A stretch of 64,000 nucleotides of DNA from an uncultured Gemmatimonadales bacterium (GCA_963708135.1 OY970192.1:2848001-2912000); one strand, 5' to 3'; shown: positions 41,102 to 54,890, counted from the stretch's first letter. Notes: generated by a model from the letters alone, not told the origin. Numbers and translations: made by a program.

Positions 41102-42227
41102 GGGTCAGGTCGCAGCCGAACGCGGTGGCGCTTCCCTCCCCCGCGCCGAGGTCCACCGCGATGTCCACGGGGTCGCCGCGGAGCAGAGCGCGCAGTCTGG
41201 CCTCGTCGAAGTCCACCCCGCGGCCCTCCACGTACGCCGGTACGCCGTTCAGCCAGACGCCGAGGCGGGCGGGGTCGATCCGGCAGTCGAAACACTTGCC
41301 GACGGCCATGAGGATGCGGCCGAGGTTCGGGTCCGCGCCGAAGGCCATGGTCTTGACCAGCGGCGAGTTGACGAGGGACTTGGCGACGATCCGCGCCTCG
41401 CGCTCGTCCTTCGCGCCGGTCACCGTCGCGCGCAGCAGCTTGGTCGCGCCCTCCCCGTCGCGGCCGAGGATCTCGGCCATGCGGATGCAGGCGGCGGTGA
41501 GCACCTCCTGGAACGCCTCCTCCTCCACCGCGCCGGCCAGGCCGTTGGCCAGCATGGCGCAGGTGTCGGACGTGCTGGTGTCGCCGTCCACCGAGAGCAT
41601 GTTGAAGGACACGTGCACGGCGCGCCGCAGCATGCGGTCGAGCGCGTCCGCATCGAAGTCGGCGTCGGTGAAGATGTAGACGAGCATCGTCGCCATGTTC
41701 GGCTCGATCATGCCGGAGCCCTTGGCCACGATCGTGAGCGTCGCTCCAGCGACGGAGCACGAGAGCGCCTTGGGGTGAGTGTCGGTGGTCATGATGCCGA
41801 GCGCGCCCTCGAGCGGATCGTGCTGGAGCGCGTCGCGGGCACCGGCGAGCCCTGTCTCGATCCGGTCGATCGGCAGCGGCACGCCGATGACGCCGGTGGA
41901 GGACATGAGCACGAGGGACGGATCGATGCCGAGCTCCCGCGCCGCCGCCGCGCCCATGCGCCTCGCGCGCGCGATGCCCTCCTCGCCCGTGCCGACGTTG
42001 GAGACCTTCGAGTTTACGACAATGGCCTGTAGCCGGCCGGCGCGGATCAGCTCGCGGCCGACAACGACCGGCGCGCCGGGGACCCGGTTGCGGGTGAAGA
42101 CGGCCGCGGCCGCGGCCGGGACCTCGGAGTGGAAGAGCGCAAGGTCGCGGCCCTTCCGCTTCACGCCAATGTTGCGGCTCATGCAGGTGAAGCCCTTCGG
42201 CATCACGGCGGGATCGTGGTAGGTCAT
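41061..42227 (-). CDS. argJ: Glutamate N-acetyltransferase (ornithine acetyltransferase)
   Basis: AAVFTRN, SSTGVIG, IMTTDTHPK, AKGSGMIEPNMATML, DGDTSTSD, DGEGATK, SPLVKT..GADPNLGR, GCDLT.GYI.EN. Confidence 0.96.
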   Translation of the reverse strand: MTYHDPAVMPKGFTCMSRNIGVKRKGRDLALFHSEVPAAAAAVFTRNRVPGAPVVVGRELIRAGRLQAIVVNSKVSNVGTGEEGIARARRMGAAAARELGIDPSLVLMSSTGVIGVPLPIDRIETGLAGARDALQHDPLEGALGIMTTDTHPKALSCSVAGATLTIVAKGSGMIEPNMATMLVYIFTDADFDADALDRMLRRAVHVSFNMLSVDGDTSTSDTCAMLANGLAGAVEEEAFQEVLTAACIRMAEILGRDGEGATKLLRATVTGAKDEREARIVAKSLVNSPLVKTMAFGADPNLGRILMAVGKCFDCRIDPARLGVWLNGVPAYVEGRGVDFDEARLRALLRGDPVDIAVDLGAGEGSATAFGCDLTHGYIDENAAYVSS

Positions 42228-42424
42228 GGGGCGGGAAGATAAGCGAATCCGAATCCGAATCCAGGGGCGGCTTCCCCACCGGCGTCGATGCATGCAGGAC
42301 AATCTCGCCGCACAACGGTGGCGAGGGGACAGGGGGCGGCCGGATGCCCGCGCGACGGCTGCCGCCTTGTCCCCGGGTCCGCCGCACCGCACCTTCGCGT
42401 GAGGCCCCTCTCCACGTTCAAGCC

Positions 42425-44033
42425 ATGAGCACGACCGGGTTTCCCATAGCGCGCGCGTCTCGCCGCCTGCGCTCGGCGCGCAAGCTGCTCCTCGGCGCGT
42501 CTCTGCTCCTCGCTGCCCGCGCCGGCCCTCTCGCCGCCCAGGCAATCCACGGCTCGCTCGCCGAGGCGGAGACGGGCCGCCCCGTCGCGGGCGCCATCGT
42601 GGTACTGCTGGACCCGGCAGGGCACCCGCTCGGACGCACGCTGAGCGACTCGCTCGGCGGGTTCCTGCTGCGTGCACCCGCCGCCGGTGTCTACCGCCTC
42701 CGCGCCGACCGGATCGGCTACGAGAGCACCACCTCCGATGCCATGGCCGCCGACGGCGTCCACCCGCTGATCGTCCGGCTCGCCGTCCTCGTCCAGCCCG
42801 TGTCGCTCGAGGCGATCACCGCGTCGGCCGAAAGCCGCTGCGTCACCCGCGACCGTGATGACCGCGCGGGCGTCGAGCGCGTCTGGCAGGAGGCCAGGAA
42901 GGCGCTCGAGGCGACGACGCTCGCCGCCGCCGCACCGCTCTACCGCTTCGACGGCGAGCTCTACACCCGCACGACCGCGCCCGACGGCGGACGCATCCTG
43001 GATGAGAGGAGGCGGCCGCTGGCCGCCGACTTCGCCGAGCGGCCCTTCGTCAGCCGGCCCGCGGAGGAGCTGGCGGAGCGGGGCTACGTCCGGGCCGCGC
43101 CGGGCGGCGGCTACGACTTCTTCGCTCCCACGCCCGAGGTGCTCCTCTCGGATGCGTTCCTGTTGAACGCACTGCCTCCGGCTGACGGAGGGGCGGGACG
43201 AGGCGGCCGCCGGACTGGTGGGGCTCGGCTTCGCGCCGGTCGGCGGGCGCGACGTCGCCGACATCGAGGGGACGTTCTGGCTCGACCGCAGGACCGCGGC
43301 GCTCCGGTCGCTGGAGTTCCGTTACGTCGGACTCGACCCGGCGGTCCCGGTCGAGGGCGCGAGCGGTCGCGTGGAGCTGGAGGCGCTTCCCGACGGCGCG
43401 TTCTACGTCCGGCGGTGGTGGATCCGCACCCCGGTGCTCGCCCCTGCGCGCGTGGCGGCGTCCCCCCGCCTGGCGACCGACCGCCCGATCGCGACCATCC
43501 GGGAGGAGGGCGGCAGGGTGCTTCGCGTAAGCCGAGCGGGTGGGGCCGCGGCCACCGCGTTGCCTGCGGCCGCCAGCCCGGCTGCCACCCTGGACACCGT
43601 TCGGGTGAACGCCTCGCCCGGGCCCGCCGAGGCCACCCGCAGCCAGCGGCGCGACGTCGTGGCGGGCGCGGAGCTCGAGGCCGCGCGTGTGCGCGGCGCC
43701 CGGGTGGTGGACGTGATCCGTCGCTTTCCGGGAATCTCGATCCGCGAGGGGCGCTTCGACACGGGACAGGAGGTGGGGACGGGGTTCTGCATCGAGTCCA
43801 GCCACCGGGTGCAGCGGCTGATTGCACCGCCGCACCTGCGGGCTCAGTTCTGCGACATGCTGCCGATCTTCGTGGACGGCAGGCGGATGGGCGGCGCCAT
43901 CTCGTATCTGCGCGGGCTCGAGGTCGATGGGTTCGACAGCATCGAGCTGATCTCCGCCACCGCGGCCCAGATCCGCTTCGGCATGGACGCGGGCGCCGCC
44001 GGCGGGGCCATCGTGCTGCGCACCCGGAGGTGA
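42425..44033 (+). CDS. Exported carboxypeptidase-regulatory-like domain protein with TonB-plug-like C-terminus; +1 frameshift at ~43163-43167 (likely sequencing error)
   Basis: AQAIHG..ETGRPVAGA.V.L..G.Y.LRADRIGY; FFAPTPEVLLSDAFL-x-THC is restored by removing one base; then DIEGTFWLDR and PIFVDG..IELI..A..RFG..GGAIVLRTR. Confidence 0.72.
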
Positions 44034-44218
44034 CGGGAAGCCACGAGCCGTCGGCCGCCGCCGGCTCCCCCACCCACCCGGCGGACGCCTCCGTCAGCCC
44101 GGCACGTTCGCCCCCGGCGATGTTCACCCACTCTCCCCCTCTCGGGCGGGGCGGCCGGGTCGGGCGCCCCCACTCTGGTGGCCGGGGGCGGGCCGCGGGG
44201 GCCGGGGGGCACGGCGGG

Positions 44219-47188
<2,970 letters not shown>

Positions 47189-47497
47189 TGTGTTTCCCTC
47201 GTTCGAGTCCGTTGCGGGACGCGACGCAAGGGGCGAACCGCCGGCGGCGCGGCCGCCGGCGGTGAGAGTGGGGGAGTGGGGGAGTGGGAGATGCGGCGGG
47301 CTCCGCGGCGCCTTCGGGTCGCCGGACGCGGCGACGAGGCCGACCCCCCTCCAGTGCCCTCGCCGGCGGCGCGCACGGCGCGCACGGCCCGGGCGGCCGG
47401 CGCACGCCGGGCCCGGCTCTCGGACCCGACACGCTCGCCGGGAGAGGAGGCAACCCCGTCTCCCACTCTCCCGCTCCCCCACTCTCGCCGAACGGCC

Positions 47498-49885
47498 CTA
47501 CCGCCCGCTCACGTACAGATCCACCCGCCATCCCGTCGGCGCCTTCACGGCGCGGGAGATGTCGAAGCGGACGAGGCCGTCGAGGAAGCTGGCGCCGGCG
47601 CCGAAGGCGAGGAGCGGCGGCGTCGCGGCCCAGGCGTCGCGCGGGCCGGCCCAGCCGAGGTCGCTGAAGAGGCCCACGCGGGCGGCCGGCAGGTCCGTCG
47701 CGACGGAGGCGCGGCCGCGCCAGAAGGCCTGCCCGCCCCGTACGTCGCCGGCGTAGCCGCGCATCGACGCGGGGCCACCCAGGTACCAGAGCGACTGCGG
47801 TGGGAGCGTGCCGGTCGAGGTTCCGGCCGCGCCGGCGAGCGAGCCGACGAAGGGACCCGGCAGCGGCAGGTCCAGGCGCAGCAGCGCGGAGGGGCGGAAG
47901 AAATCGTACGTGCCTCCGGCGCCATCCAGCGTGAGCTCGCCCTCCCAGCGCCAGCCGACGGGGTTCTGGCCGTGGGCGGCGCGCAGCGTGAGGGCGGCGC
48001 CGGTCTCCGTGGCGGGTGCGGCGGCGAGGTTCGGGCGGAAGGCGGCCTCGGCGCCGAGCAGGTGGCGCAGCGAGAAGTCCGTATTGGCGACGGCGCCGCG
48101 CTGGCGCTCGCGGTAGATCCTGAGCGCGTACCACTGCGTGCCCGTCGCGGGCGGCGCGATGGCGAGCTCGGCGCCGAGGGCGCGGTAGTAGTCGCCGTCG
48201 TCGCGGCCGAAGAGGAGGGCGTTGGCGGAGTTGCCGATGCCGAGCGCCCGGGTCGAGGGATCGAAGAGGGCGAGGCGGCGGTAGCCGGCCAGGCGCAGGT
48301 GCATGGTGCGCGCGTCGCGCGTGAGGCCGATCTCCGCGTTCGGCACGAGGTCGGCGACGCCGATGCGGGCGGAGCCGTCCGCGGAGAGGCGGCCGAGGTC
48401 GAGGTCGCCCTTCGCGCCGATCGAGAGCGCCTCGACCCGGTTGTAGCGCACCATCCCCGCGCGCCCGAGCCCCCAGCCGATGGTCGGCCGGGAGACGTGC
48501 CACGGCGGCTCGGCGATGCCCTTCAGCCGCTGCCCGAGCTGCTCGAGCTCGGGCGCGGAGACGAGCGCCTCGTCCGGGCCGTAGGGCGTGGGCGGCAGCT
48601 CCGCGCTGGTGAGCAGCTTCGAGGAGTCGGGGATCACGACCACGGCCGCCGGGACGCACGTCCCGCTGCGCCTCTCGTGGGCGACGATGGCGCTGTCCGG
48701 CGCCTCGCCTCTCCGCTCCCGCCGCCGCTCCTCGCGCTCCTCGCGCCGCTGGTCGCGGGACAGGTTGACGCGGATGCGGAACCCCTCGGGGCACTTGCCG
48801 AGCGAGTCGGGGCGAGGCACTTCGGGCAGCCCGAGCAGGTCGGGAGACGGGCGGCCGGCGGCGGCCGTGTCGCCTTCCACGTGGTACTCGGCGTAGCTCC
48901 GCTCGTAGTGGAGCGGCAGCGTCATCATCTTGCCGACCTGCGCCACGCCGTCGAAGGCGACGAGCCGGGGCATCCACCAGTGCAGGTCCCAGAGGCCGTA
49001 CTGGATGGTGACGTAGCTGACGTCGGCGCGGATCGGCTTGAGGATGCCGGGGATGTCCTCGGCGTCCTTCCGGTCGCCGGGCGAATCGGCATCGCGCTCG
49101 AGGTCGTACTCGCGGGCGAGGCGGAAGACGGCCTGCACCACGGCGTGCGAGCGCGACTCGAGCCAGAAGGAGCCCGTGATCAGGTGCACGTCCGGCACGC
49201 GCGGCAGGATCTTCAGCTCGATCAGGCGGATCGCCTGTCCGTCGGGCAGGCGGATCGTCGTCGTGTCGCCGGTGCGGAAGCGGTACCAGTGCTCGCTGCC
49301 GGGCGCGAGCGGGTGGCGCACGAAGCCGCCGTCCGTCCAGCCGAGCATCATCTGGCTCTCGGCCGGATCGAACGCCAAATGCGGCATGAACTCCTTCAGG
49401 TCGTCCGGGATCTGCGCCTTCTTCAGCACGGCGGGCACGACCTCGCGGGCGCCGAGGACCTGGATCGTGGAGCGGCCCTCCCGCTTCCAGTCGATCCGCC
49501 CGGCAGTCTCCCGGCGGTAGAAGAGGTGGTCGAAGCCGAGCGTGCGCAGCCCCATCGAGATGCGCTCCTTCACCAGCGCCCGGTACTCCCGGATCGAGCG
49601 GTCCACGGTGTAGCGCCGGCCGCGACCCAGGGCGACGAGCCGCCGCGCCTCGGGATCGAGGTACGCCGTGGCGCGGTCCGCGCTGTCGGCCCGCGCTGCG
49701 CGGCGGTTGGCGGCGAATGTCGAGTCGGCGGAAGCGGTGGAAGCGCTGGTCGAGTCGGCGGAGCGCGCCCCCGGCCGGGCCGCCCCGCGGCGCGCGCGGG
49801 CGGAATCCGGATTCTGGGCCGCGAGCGGCGCGGCCGCGAGAAGGAGCAGCGCGAACGCCGCGGAGAAGTGCAGGGGCCGGGTCAT
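47498..49885 (-). CDS. Outer-membrane beta-barrel protein of unknown function (BamA/DUF5686-like C-terminus)
   Basis: Signal ..APLAAQ; RYNRVEALS.G, GRDDGDYYR, YLGG..SMRGY, GAGASFLDGLVRFD..WRVDLY. Confidence 0.7.
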   Translation of the reverse strand: MTRPLHFSAAFALLLLAAAPLAAQNPDSARARRGAARPGARSADSTSASTASADSTFAANRRAARADSADRATAYLDPEARRLVALGRGRRYTVDRSIREYRALVKERISMGLRTLGFDHLFYRRETAGRIDWKREGRSTIQVLGAREVVPAVLKKAQIPDDLKEFMPHLAFDPAESQMMLGWTDGGFVRHPLAPGSEHWYRFRTGDTTTIRLPDGQAIRLIELKILPRVPDVHLITGSFWLESRSHAVVQAVFRLAREYDLERDADSPGDRKDAEDIPGILKPIRADVSYVTIQYGLWDLHWWMPRLVAFDGVAQVGKMMTLPLHYERSYAEYHVEGDTAAAGRPSPDLLGLPEVPRPDSLGKCPEGFRIRVNLSRDQRREEREERRRERRGEAPDSAIVAHERRSGTCVPAAVVVIPDSSKLLTSAELPPTPYGPDEALVSAPELEQLGQRLKGIAEPPWHVSRPTIGWGLGRAGMVRYNRVEALSIGAKGDLDLGRLSADGSARIGVADLVPNAEIGLTRDARTMHLRLAGYRRLALFDPSTRALGIGNSANALLFGRDDGDYYRALGAELAIAPPATGTQWYALRIYRERQRGAVANTDFSLRHLLGAEAAFRPNLAAAPATETGAALTLRAAHGQNPVGWRWEGELTLDGAGGTYDFFRPSALLRLDLPLPGPFVGSLAGAAGTSTGTLPPQSLWYLGGPASMRGYAGDVRGGQAFWRGRASVATDLPAARVGLFSDLGWAGPRDAWAATPPLLAFGAGASFLDGLVRFDISRAVKAPTGWRVDLYVSGR

Positions 49886-50027
49886 GCGGGCTCCGGTGAG
49901 GTGGTCGGCGACCCTCTATCTACGCGTATCTACGCGCGAAGGCGCGCCGGGTTTCGCCCGCCGGGCGGCTGGTGGCGGCCGCTGCGGCCGGCGTCATGCC
50001 GGAGTGGGAGAGTGGGAGAACGCGAGG

Positions 50028-51257
50028 TCAGACGACCGGCAGCCGGCGCTTCCTGCGGCTGCGCCGCTCGAAGTACTCCTCCACGGGCTCGGCCACGCCC
50101 GCCTCGACGAGCTTGCGGTACTTCGCCGGGATGTGGGCGCAAAAGGGCTCGGCCTCGAGGAAGTCGCCGGTCACGGCGAAGGCCCGCGCGCGGCTTCCGC
50201 CGCAGACGTTCAGGTACTCGCAGGAGCCGCACTTCCCCTTGATGAGGGAGCGGTTGCGGAGCGCCGTGAACAGCGGCGAGTTGCGGTAGACGTCCACGAG
50301 GTCGTGCGTCCGTACGTTGCCGGCCGGGATCGGCAGGAAGCCGGACGGGAAGATCTCGCCGGTGTGGCTGATGAACATGAAGCCGTCGCCATCGTTCACG
50401 CTGCGGGCGCGCCCGATGCCGTCCGCCTGGCTGAAGGCGACGCCGTCCGTCAGCACGTCCGCCGCGTCCGTCCGCTCGCCGGCGCGCCGCTCCGCCACCT
50501 TGTGCTGGAGCACCACGCGCTGGAACTGCGGCGCCGCGGTGGCGCGCAGGTCGAAGGGCACGCTCTTCGAGATCTCGTACATGCGCTCGAAGACGGCCTC
50601 GAACTCCTCCGCGCTCGCCACGTCCTGCGGCCGGGCGCGGCCCATCGGCACCAGGAAGAAGACCTCCCAGAACACGATCCCGAGCCGCGACATGAGGGCG
50701 ATGAGGTTGTCGAAGTCGTCCAGGTTGTGGCGCGCGATGACCGTGTTCACCTGGGTCGACAGCCCGATCCGGTGCGACTGTTCCAGGATGTCGAGCCCCC
50801 ACTGGAACGAGCCGTCCACGCGACGGAACGCATCGTGGATCTCCGGCGTCGAGCCGTCCAGGCTCACGGCCAGCCGCGACAGCCCGGCATCCTTCAGCCG
50901 CTGCAGCATGTCGGGCGTGGCCAGCGGCGTCGTGGCCGGCGTGATCGCCATGCGCAGCCCCAGCTTCACGCCGTGCTCGACCAGCTCCACCACGTCCGGC
51001 CGCTTCAGCGAGTCGCCGCCGCTCAGCACGAACACGCACGGCCCGAACTCGCGCACCTTCTCCAGCAGCCGCTTCCCCTCCTCGAAGGACAGCTCGCGCG
51101 GGTCCCGCTCCGGCACGGCCTCGGCCCGGCAGTGCTTGCACGCCAGGTCGCACGCCCGCGTCGTCTCCCAGATCACCACGAACGGCGACTGCGAGAAATC
51201 GCGCGGAGGCACGAACGCCGGCCTGGCGCCCGGTTCCGTCGTGCTCGGCTTGATCAT
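50028..51257 (-). CDS. Radical SAM/SPASM protein, TIGR04053/AhbD-NirJ-like (heme biosynthesis-related)
   Basis: VIWETTRACDLACKHCRA (CX3CX2C), VSLDGS...HD.FR..G, SVNDGDGFMFISH.G...PSGFLP, KCGSCEY..VCGGSRARA. Confidence 0.85.
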   Translation of the reverse strand: MIKPSTTEPGARPAFVPPRDFSQSPFVVIWETTRACDLACKHCRAEAVPERDPRELSFEEGKRLLEKVREFGPCVFVLSGGDSLKRPDVVELVEHGVKLGLRMAITPATTPLATPDMLQRLKDAGLSRLAVSLDGSTPEIHDAFRRVDGSFQWGLDILEQSHRIGLSTQVNTVIARHNLDDFDNLIALMSRLGIVFWEVFFLVPMGRARPQDVASAEEFEAVFERMYEISKSVPFDLRATAAPQFQRVVLQHKVAERRAGERTDAADVLTDGVAFSQADGIGRARSVNDGDGFMFISHTGEIFPSGFLPIPAGNVRTHDLVDVYRNSPLFTALRNRSLIKGKCGSCEYLNVCGGSRARAFAVTGDFLEAEPFCAHIPAKYRKLVEAGVAEPVEEYFERRSRRKRRLPVV

Positions 51258-51490
51258 CGGCTGCCTCCCTTGCGTGCGCGCGGGCCCGCGGCCCGTTCCG
51301 GTTCACGAGCCCAATATCCGGAATGGCGCCGCCCGATGCTGTCGGGCGGATCACGCGAAAGGTGTGGGGAAGCGCCCGACGCCGGGATGCGGGACGCGGG
51401 ACCGCGCCTCACGGTCCGCGAGCGGCTCGGCCTGTGCAGCACGCCCGCCTCCCGCTAGATTTCCGTGTTCCCGCACTCCAATGCCCGGAA

Positions 51491-52159
51491 ATGGACAAGA
51501 TGTTGACGCGCAACCGGATGTCGCCCGCCGTCCTGCTTCTCTTCGCGACTGCGGCGGGCGCTGCCGCGTGCGCGCGCGGCCGCGCGGCCGAGGATCCCGC
51601 CGCGCTGCGCGGGACGGTGCTGGGCACCCCCCTCATGAAGCCCGACTTCACGCTGGCCGACACGCGCGGCCGGCCGTTCGACTTCCGCCGGGAGACGGCG
51701 GGGAAGCTGGCGCTCGTCTATTTCGGCTACACCCACTGCGCCGACGTCTGCCCGGTGCACATGGGCAACATCGCGGCGGTCCTGCGGACGATGCCCTACG
51801 AGGTGACGAGCCGCACGCGCGTGATCTTCATCACGGTTGACCCGGCACGCGACACGCCCGCGGTGCTCCGGCGCTGGCTCGACCACTTCGACTCCCGCTT
51901 CGTGGGCCTGCGCGGCAGCGATTCCGAGGTGGCCAGGATCGAGCACGCGCTGCACGTGGCGGTGGCGGTGGAGGACAGCGCCTCCCATGGGAGCGGCGGC
52001 TACGGGGTGGGGCACGCGGCGCAGGTCGTCGCCTTCACGCCCGACGGCCTGGCGCACGTGATCTATCCGTTCGGCACCCGCCAGCAGGACTGGGAGCACG
52101 ACCTCCCGGCGCTGCTCCAGGGGGCGTGGGCCGCGGGCCCGGCGGCGGCCGGATCGTGA
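51491..52159 (+). CDS. SCO1/SenC copper chaperone lipoprotein
   Basis: YFGYTHCADVCP (CXXXC), ITVDPARDTP, conserved His (YGVGHA), AAAC lipobox. Start 51491-51518. Confidence 0.9.
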   Translation: MDKMLTRNRMSPAVLLLFATAAGAAACARGRAAEDPAALRGTVLGTPLMKPDFTLADTRGRPFDFRRETAGKLALVYFGYTHCADVCPVHMGNIAAVLRTMPYEVTSRTRVIFITVDPARDTPAVLRRWLDHFDSRFVGLRGSDSEVARIEHALHVAVAVEDSASHGSGGYGVGHAAQVVAFTPDGLAHVIYPFGTRQQDWEHDLPALLQGAWAAGPAAAGS

Positions 52160-53052
52160 CGGTGCAGTGGTGGTGCTCGGCGCAGGGCGTCGCCTGGAGC
52201 TGGAGCTGGCGCGCCTACCCGGGCGTGTGGCTCATGATCGCCGCCGCCGGCGCGTTCTACGCCCGCCTCTGGCACCGGCGCCACGTCCGCCGGCCCACGG
52301 ACACGCGCCACCAGCTCGCCGCGGTGGGCGGGCTGTGGCTCCTCTGGATCGGGCTCGACTGGCCCCTCGGCACCCTCGGCGCCGGCTACCTGGCCAGTGC
52401 GCACATGGTGCAGTTCATCATCATCGTGCTGGCCGCCACGCCGCTGCTCGTGCTGGGACTACCCCAGGGCGACGCAGCCGCCGCCGGCGCCGGGGCGGGC
52501 GTCGGCCTCGCGGTGGACGCCGGCGCCGGTCCGGCGGCCGGCGTCCCGGGCCGCGTCCTGCGGGTCTGGCGCGCGCTGACGCAGCCTCTCGTCGCCCTCA
52601 TCGTCTTCACGGTCCTGATTATCGGCACCCACGCGCCGCCGGTCGTGGACGCGCTCATGGGCACCCAGCTCGGGTCGATGGCGCTCGACCTGGCCTGGAT
52701 CTTCGCGGGCGTCCTCTTCTGGTGGCCCGTGCTCTCTCCCGGCTACCCTCGCCCCCGCCTCTCGCCGCCGCTCGCGCTCGTCTACCTGCTCGGCGGCGGC
52801 CTGCCCGACAAGGGCATCGCCTCGTGGCTGCTGCTCTCTCACCTGCCCGTCTACCGGACCTACGAGCTCGCGCCGCCGATCCCGGGCACCACCCCCAACA
52901 GCGACCAGGAGCTGGCCGGCGGCCTCATGCTGACCGCCGGGATGCTGCTGCTCGTGGTGGCGAGCGGCATCGTCTTCCACCTGTGGGTCCGCGCCGAGGA
53001 GCGCATCGACCGCGCCGCCGCCCCCGAGTCGCGCCTGGAGGAGCGCGGGTAG
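52156..53052 (+). CDS. Cytochrome c oxidase assembly factor, CtaG/Caa3 family
   Basis: LDWPL..LGAGYLASAHMVQ..PLLVLG, LFWWPV, DQELAGGLM; GTG overlaps the SCO stop. Confidence 0.85.
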   Translation: MTVQWWCSAQGVAWSWSWRAYPGVWLMIAAAGAFYARLWHRRHVRRPTDTRHQLAAVGGLWLLWIGLDWPLGTLGAGYLASAHMVQFIIIVLAATPLLVLGLPQGDAAAAGAGAGVGLAVDAGAGPAAGVPGRVLRVWRALTQPLVALIVFTVLIIGTHAPPVVDALMGTQLGSMALDLAWIFAGVLFWWPVLSPGYPRPRLSPPLALVYLLGGGLPDKGIASWLLLSHLPVYRTYELAPPIPGTTPNSDQELAGGLMLTAGMLLLVVASGIVFHLWVRAEERIDRAAAPESRLEERG

Positions 53053-53445
53053 CCCCTGCGGTTCCCCGGGCGGGCATGTCTCTGCCCGGCTGTGCCGGGA
53101 CAGGAGAGTGGGGGACCTCGATCCGGCAGGTGTCTGCCCGGCCCGGGCCCGGCCGGGCGGGCTGTGTCCTCCCCGGACAGGAGAGCGGGGGACGCCGGGC
53201 GCGCCGCGCTGGGTGCGCCGGGCTGCCCGGCCTCGCGACCATGCCGGCGCGCTGAGGGGGCCGCCGGCGGAGTCGGCGCCGGGCCGACGTGGGCCGCGCG
53301 CGGCACACGCGCCCGGTGACCCGCGGCGCGCGCTGGAGCCGGCCGCGGCTCCCGCTCTCCCGCTCCCCCACTCTCGCGTCGTTGCGCCACCCGCCGCCTC
53401 GCACCCATCTTCGCCCAGCCTCGACGAACCCGAACCCGACCCCAT

Positions 53446-54600
53446 ATGCCCGGCTCACGACGGCTCCGCGAAACGCTGACCACCCCCGCGCGCGCCGGCA
53501 AGGTGCTGCTCGCGCCGGGCCGCGCCGCGCGCGCGCTGCTCCGGATCCGGCGCCGCACCGCCATCGGCTCGCCCCCGGGAACGCTCGTCAGCGACCCCGA
53601 GGCGCCTCCCCCGATCCTCCGCGTCCTGGCGTACGATGCCGAGCGCGTGGAGGAGGCGACGCTGGACTCGCCCGAGGCGCTGCGCCCCTGGCTGACCGGC
53701 TGGCCGACCGTCTGGGCCAACATCGATGGCCTCGGCGACGCGGAGTTCGTGCAGGGCGTGGGCAACGTCTTCGGGCTGCACCAGCTCGCGCTCGAGGACG
53801 TCCTCAACGTCTACCAGCGGCCCAAGACGGAGGAGTACCCGGACACGCTCTTCATCGTGGTGCGCATGGCGCTGCTCGACGCCGAGGGGCTGCGCAGCGA
53901 GCAGGTCAGCATGTTCCTGGGCCGCGGCTTCCTCGTCACGTTCCAGGAGCGCGAGGGCGACTGCCTCGATCCGGTGCGGGAGCGGCTCAGGCAGGGGCGG
54001 GGCCGGATCCGCGTCGGGGGCGCCGACTACCTGGCCTACGCCATCATCGACGCCATCGTGGACAACTACTACCCCGTGCTGGAGGCGTACGGCGAGCGGC
54101 TGGAGGACCTCGAGGACTCCGTCGTCGCGGACCCGGGGCCCAGGGTGATCGGGCAGATCCACGAGATCCGCCGCGAGCTGCTCGCGCTGCGCCGCGCCAT
54201 CTGGCCGCTGCGCGACGCGCTGGGGGTGCTGCTGCGCGAGGAGCACGAGCTGGTGGAGGAGGAGACGCGCATCTACCTGCGCGACTGCTACGACCACACC
54301 ATCCAGGTCATCGACCTGCTGGAGAACTACCGCGAGATCGCGTCCGGCCTCGTGGACGTCTACCTCTCCAGCGTGAGCAACCGGATGAACGAGGTGATGA
54401 AGATGCTCACCATCATCGCCACCATCTTCATCCCGCTCACCTTCATCGTCGGCGTCTACGGGATGAACTTCGACACCCACGCGTCCCGCTGGAACATGCC
54501 GGAGCTGGGCTGGCGCTACGGCTATGCGGCGACGTGGCTCGTCATGCTCGTCATCGCCCTCGGGCTCGTGTGGTATTTCCGCCGCAAGCGCTGGCTGTAG
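53446..54600 (+). CDS. corA: Magnesium/cobalt transporter CorA
   Basis: LHQLALEDV..QRPK.E, RDCYDH, MNEVMKMLT..FIPLTFIVGVYGMNF..MPEL.W.YGY. Confidence 0.95.
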   Translation: MPGSRRLRETLTTPARAGKVLLAPGRAARALLRIRRRTAIGSPPGTLVSDPEAPPPILRVLAYDAERVEEATLDSPEALRPWLTGWPTVWANIDGLGDAEFVQGVGNVFGLHQLALEDVLNVYQRPKTEEYPDTLFIVVRMALLDAEGLRSEQVSMFLGRGFLVTFQEREGDCLDPVRERLRQGRGRIRVGGADYLAYAIIDAIVDNYYPVLEAYGERLEDLEDSVVADPGPRVIGQIHEIRRELLALRRAIWPLRDALGVLLREEHELVEEETRIYLRDCYDHTIQVIDLLENYREIASGLVDVYLSSVSNRMNEVMKMLTIIATIFIPLTFIVGVYGMNFDTHASRWNMPELGWRYGYAATWLVMLVIALGLVWYFRRKRWL

Positions 54601-54890
54601 CCGCGGCGCGTGCGGCCGGGCGCCGCGCAGGGCAGGTGCAGGGGCAGGGGCCGATCGGTCGATTTCGTCCGCTCCGGCGCCGCGGATCGCGCCGCGCGAT
54701 CAGAGATGGCGCAATGGACGCCCGCCCACCCGTCCAGACCCCGGATCATCTCGGAAATCGAGCAAGATCGCGGTCGCGGCGGCGCCGAGAGACGGCCAGT
54801 GCGCCTTTCTTCTCGAATACCGAGCAAGAACGCGTTCCGGATCCTCACCGAGAGGTCCGCTCGCCGATGCTGCTCGCCCGCGCGCCCGAC

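Noticed and set aside
27814..43168. Programmed ribosomal frameshifting or true pseudogenes at four genes
   Set aside because: No slippery sites, the extra base tracks the contig strand rather than the coding strand, and there is no other decay. A sequencing artefact is more parsimonious, though unproven.
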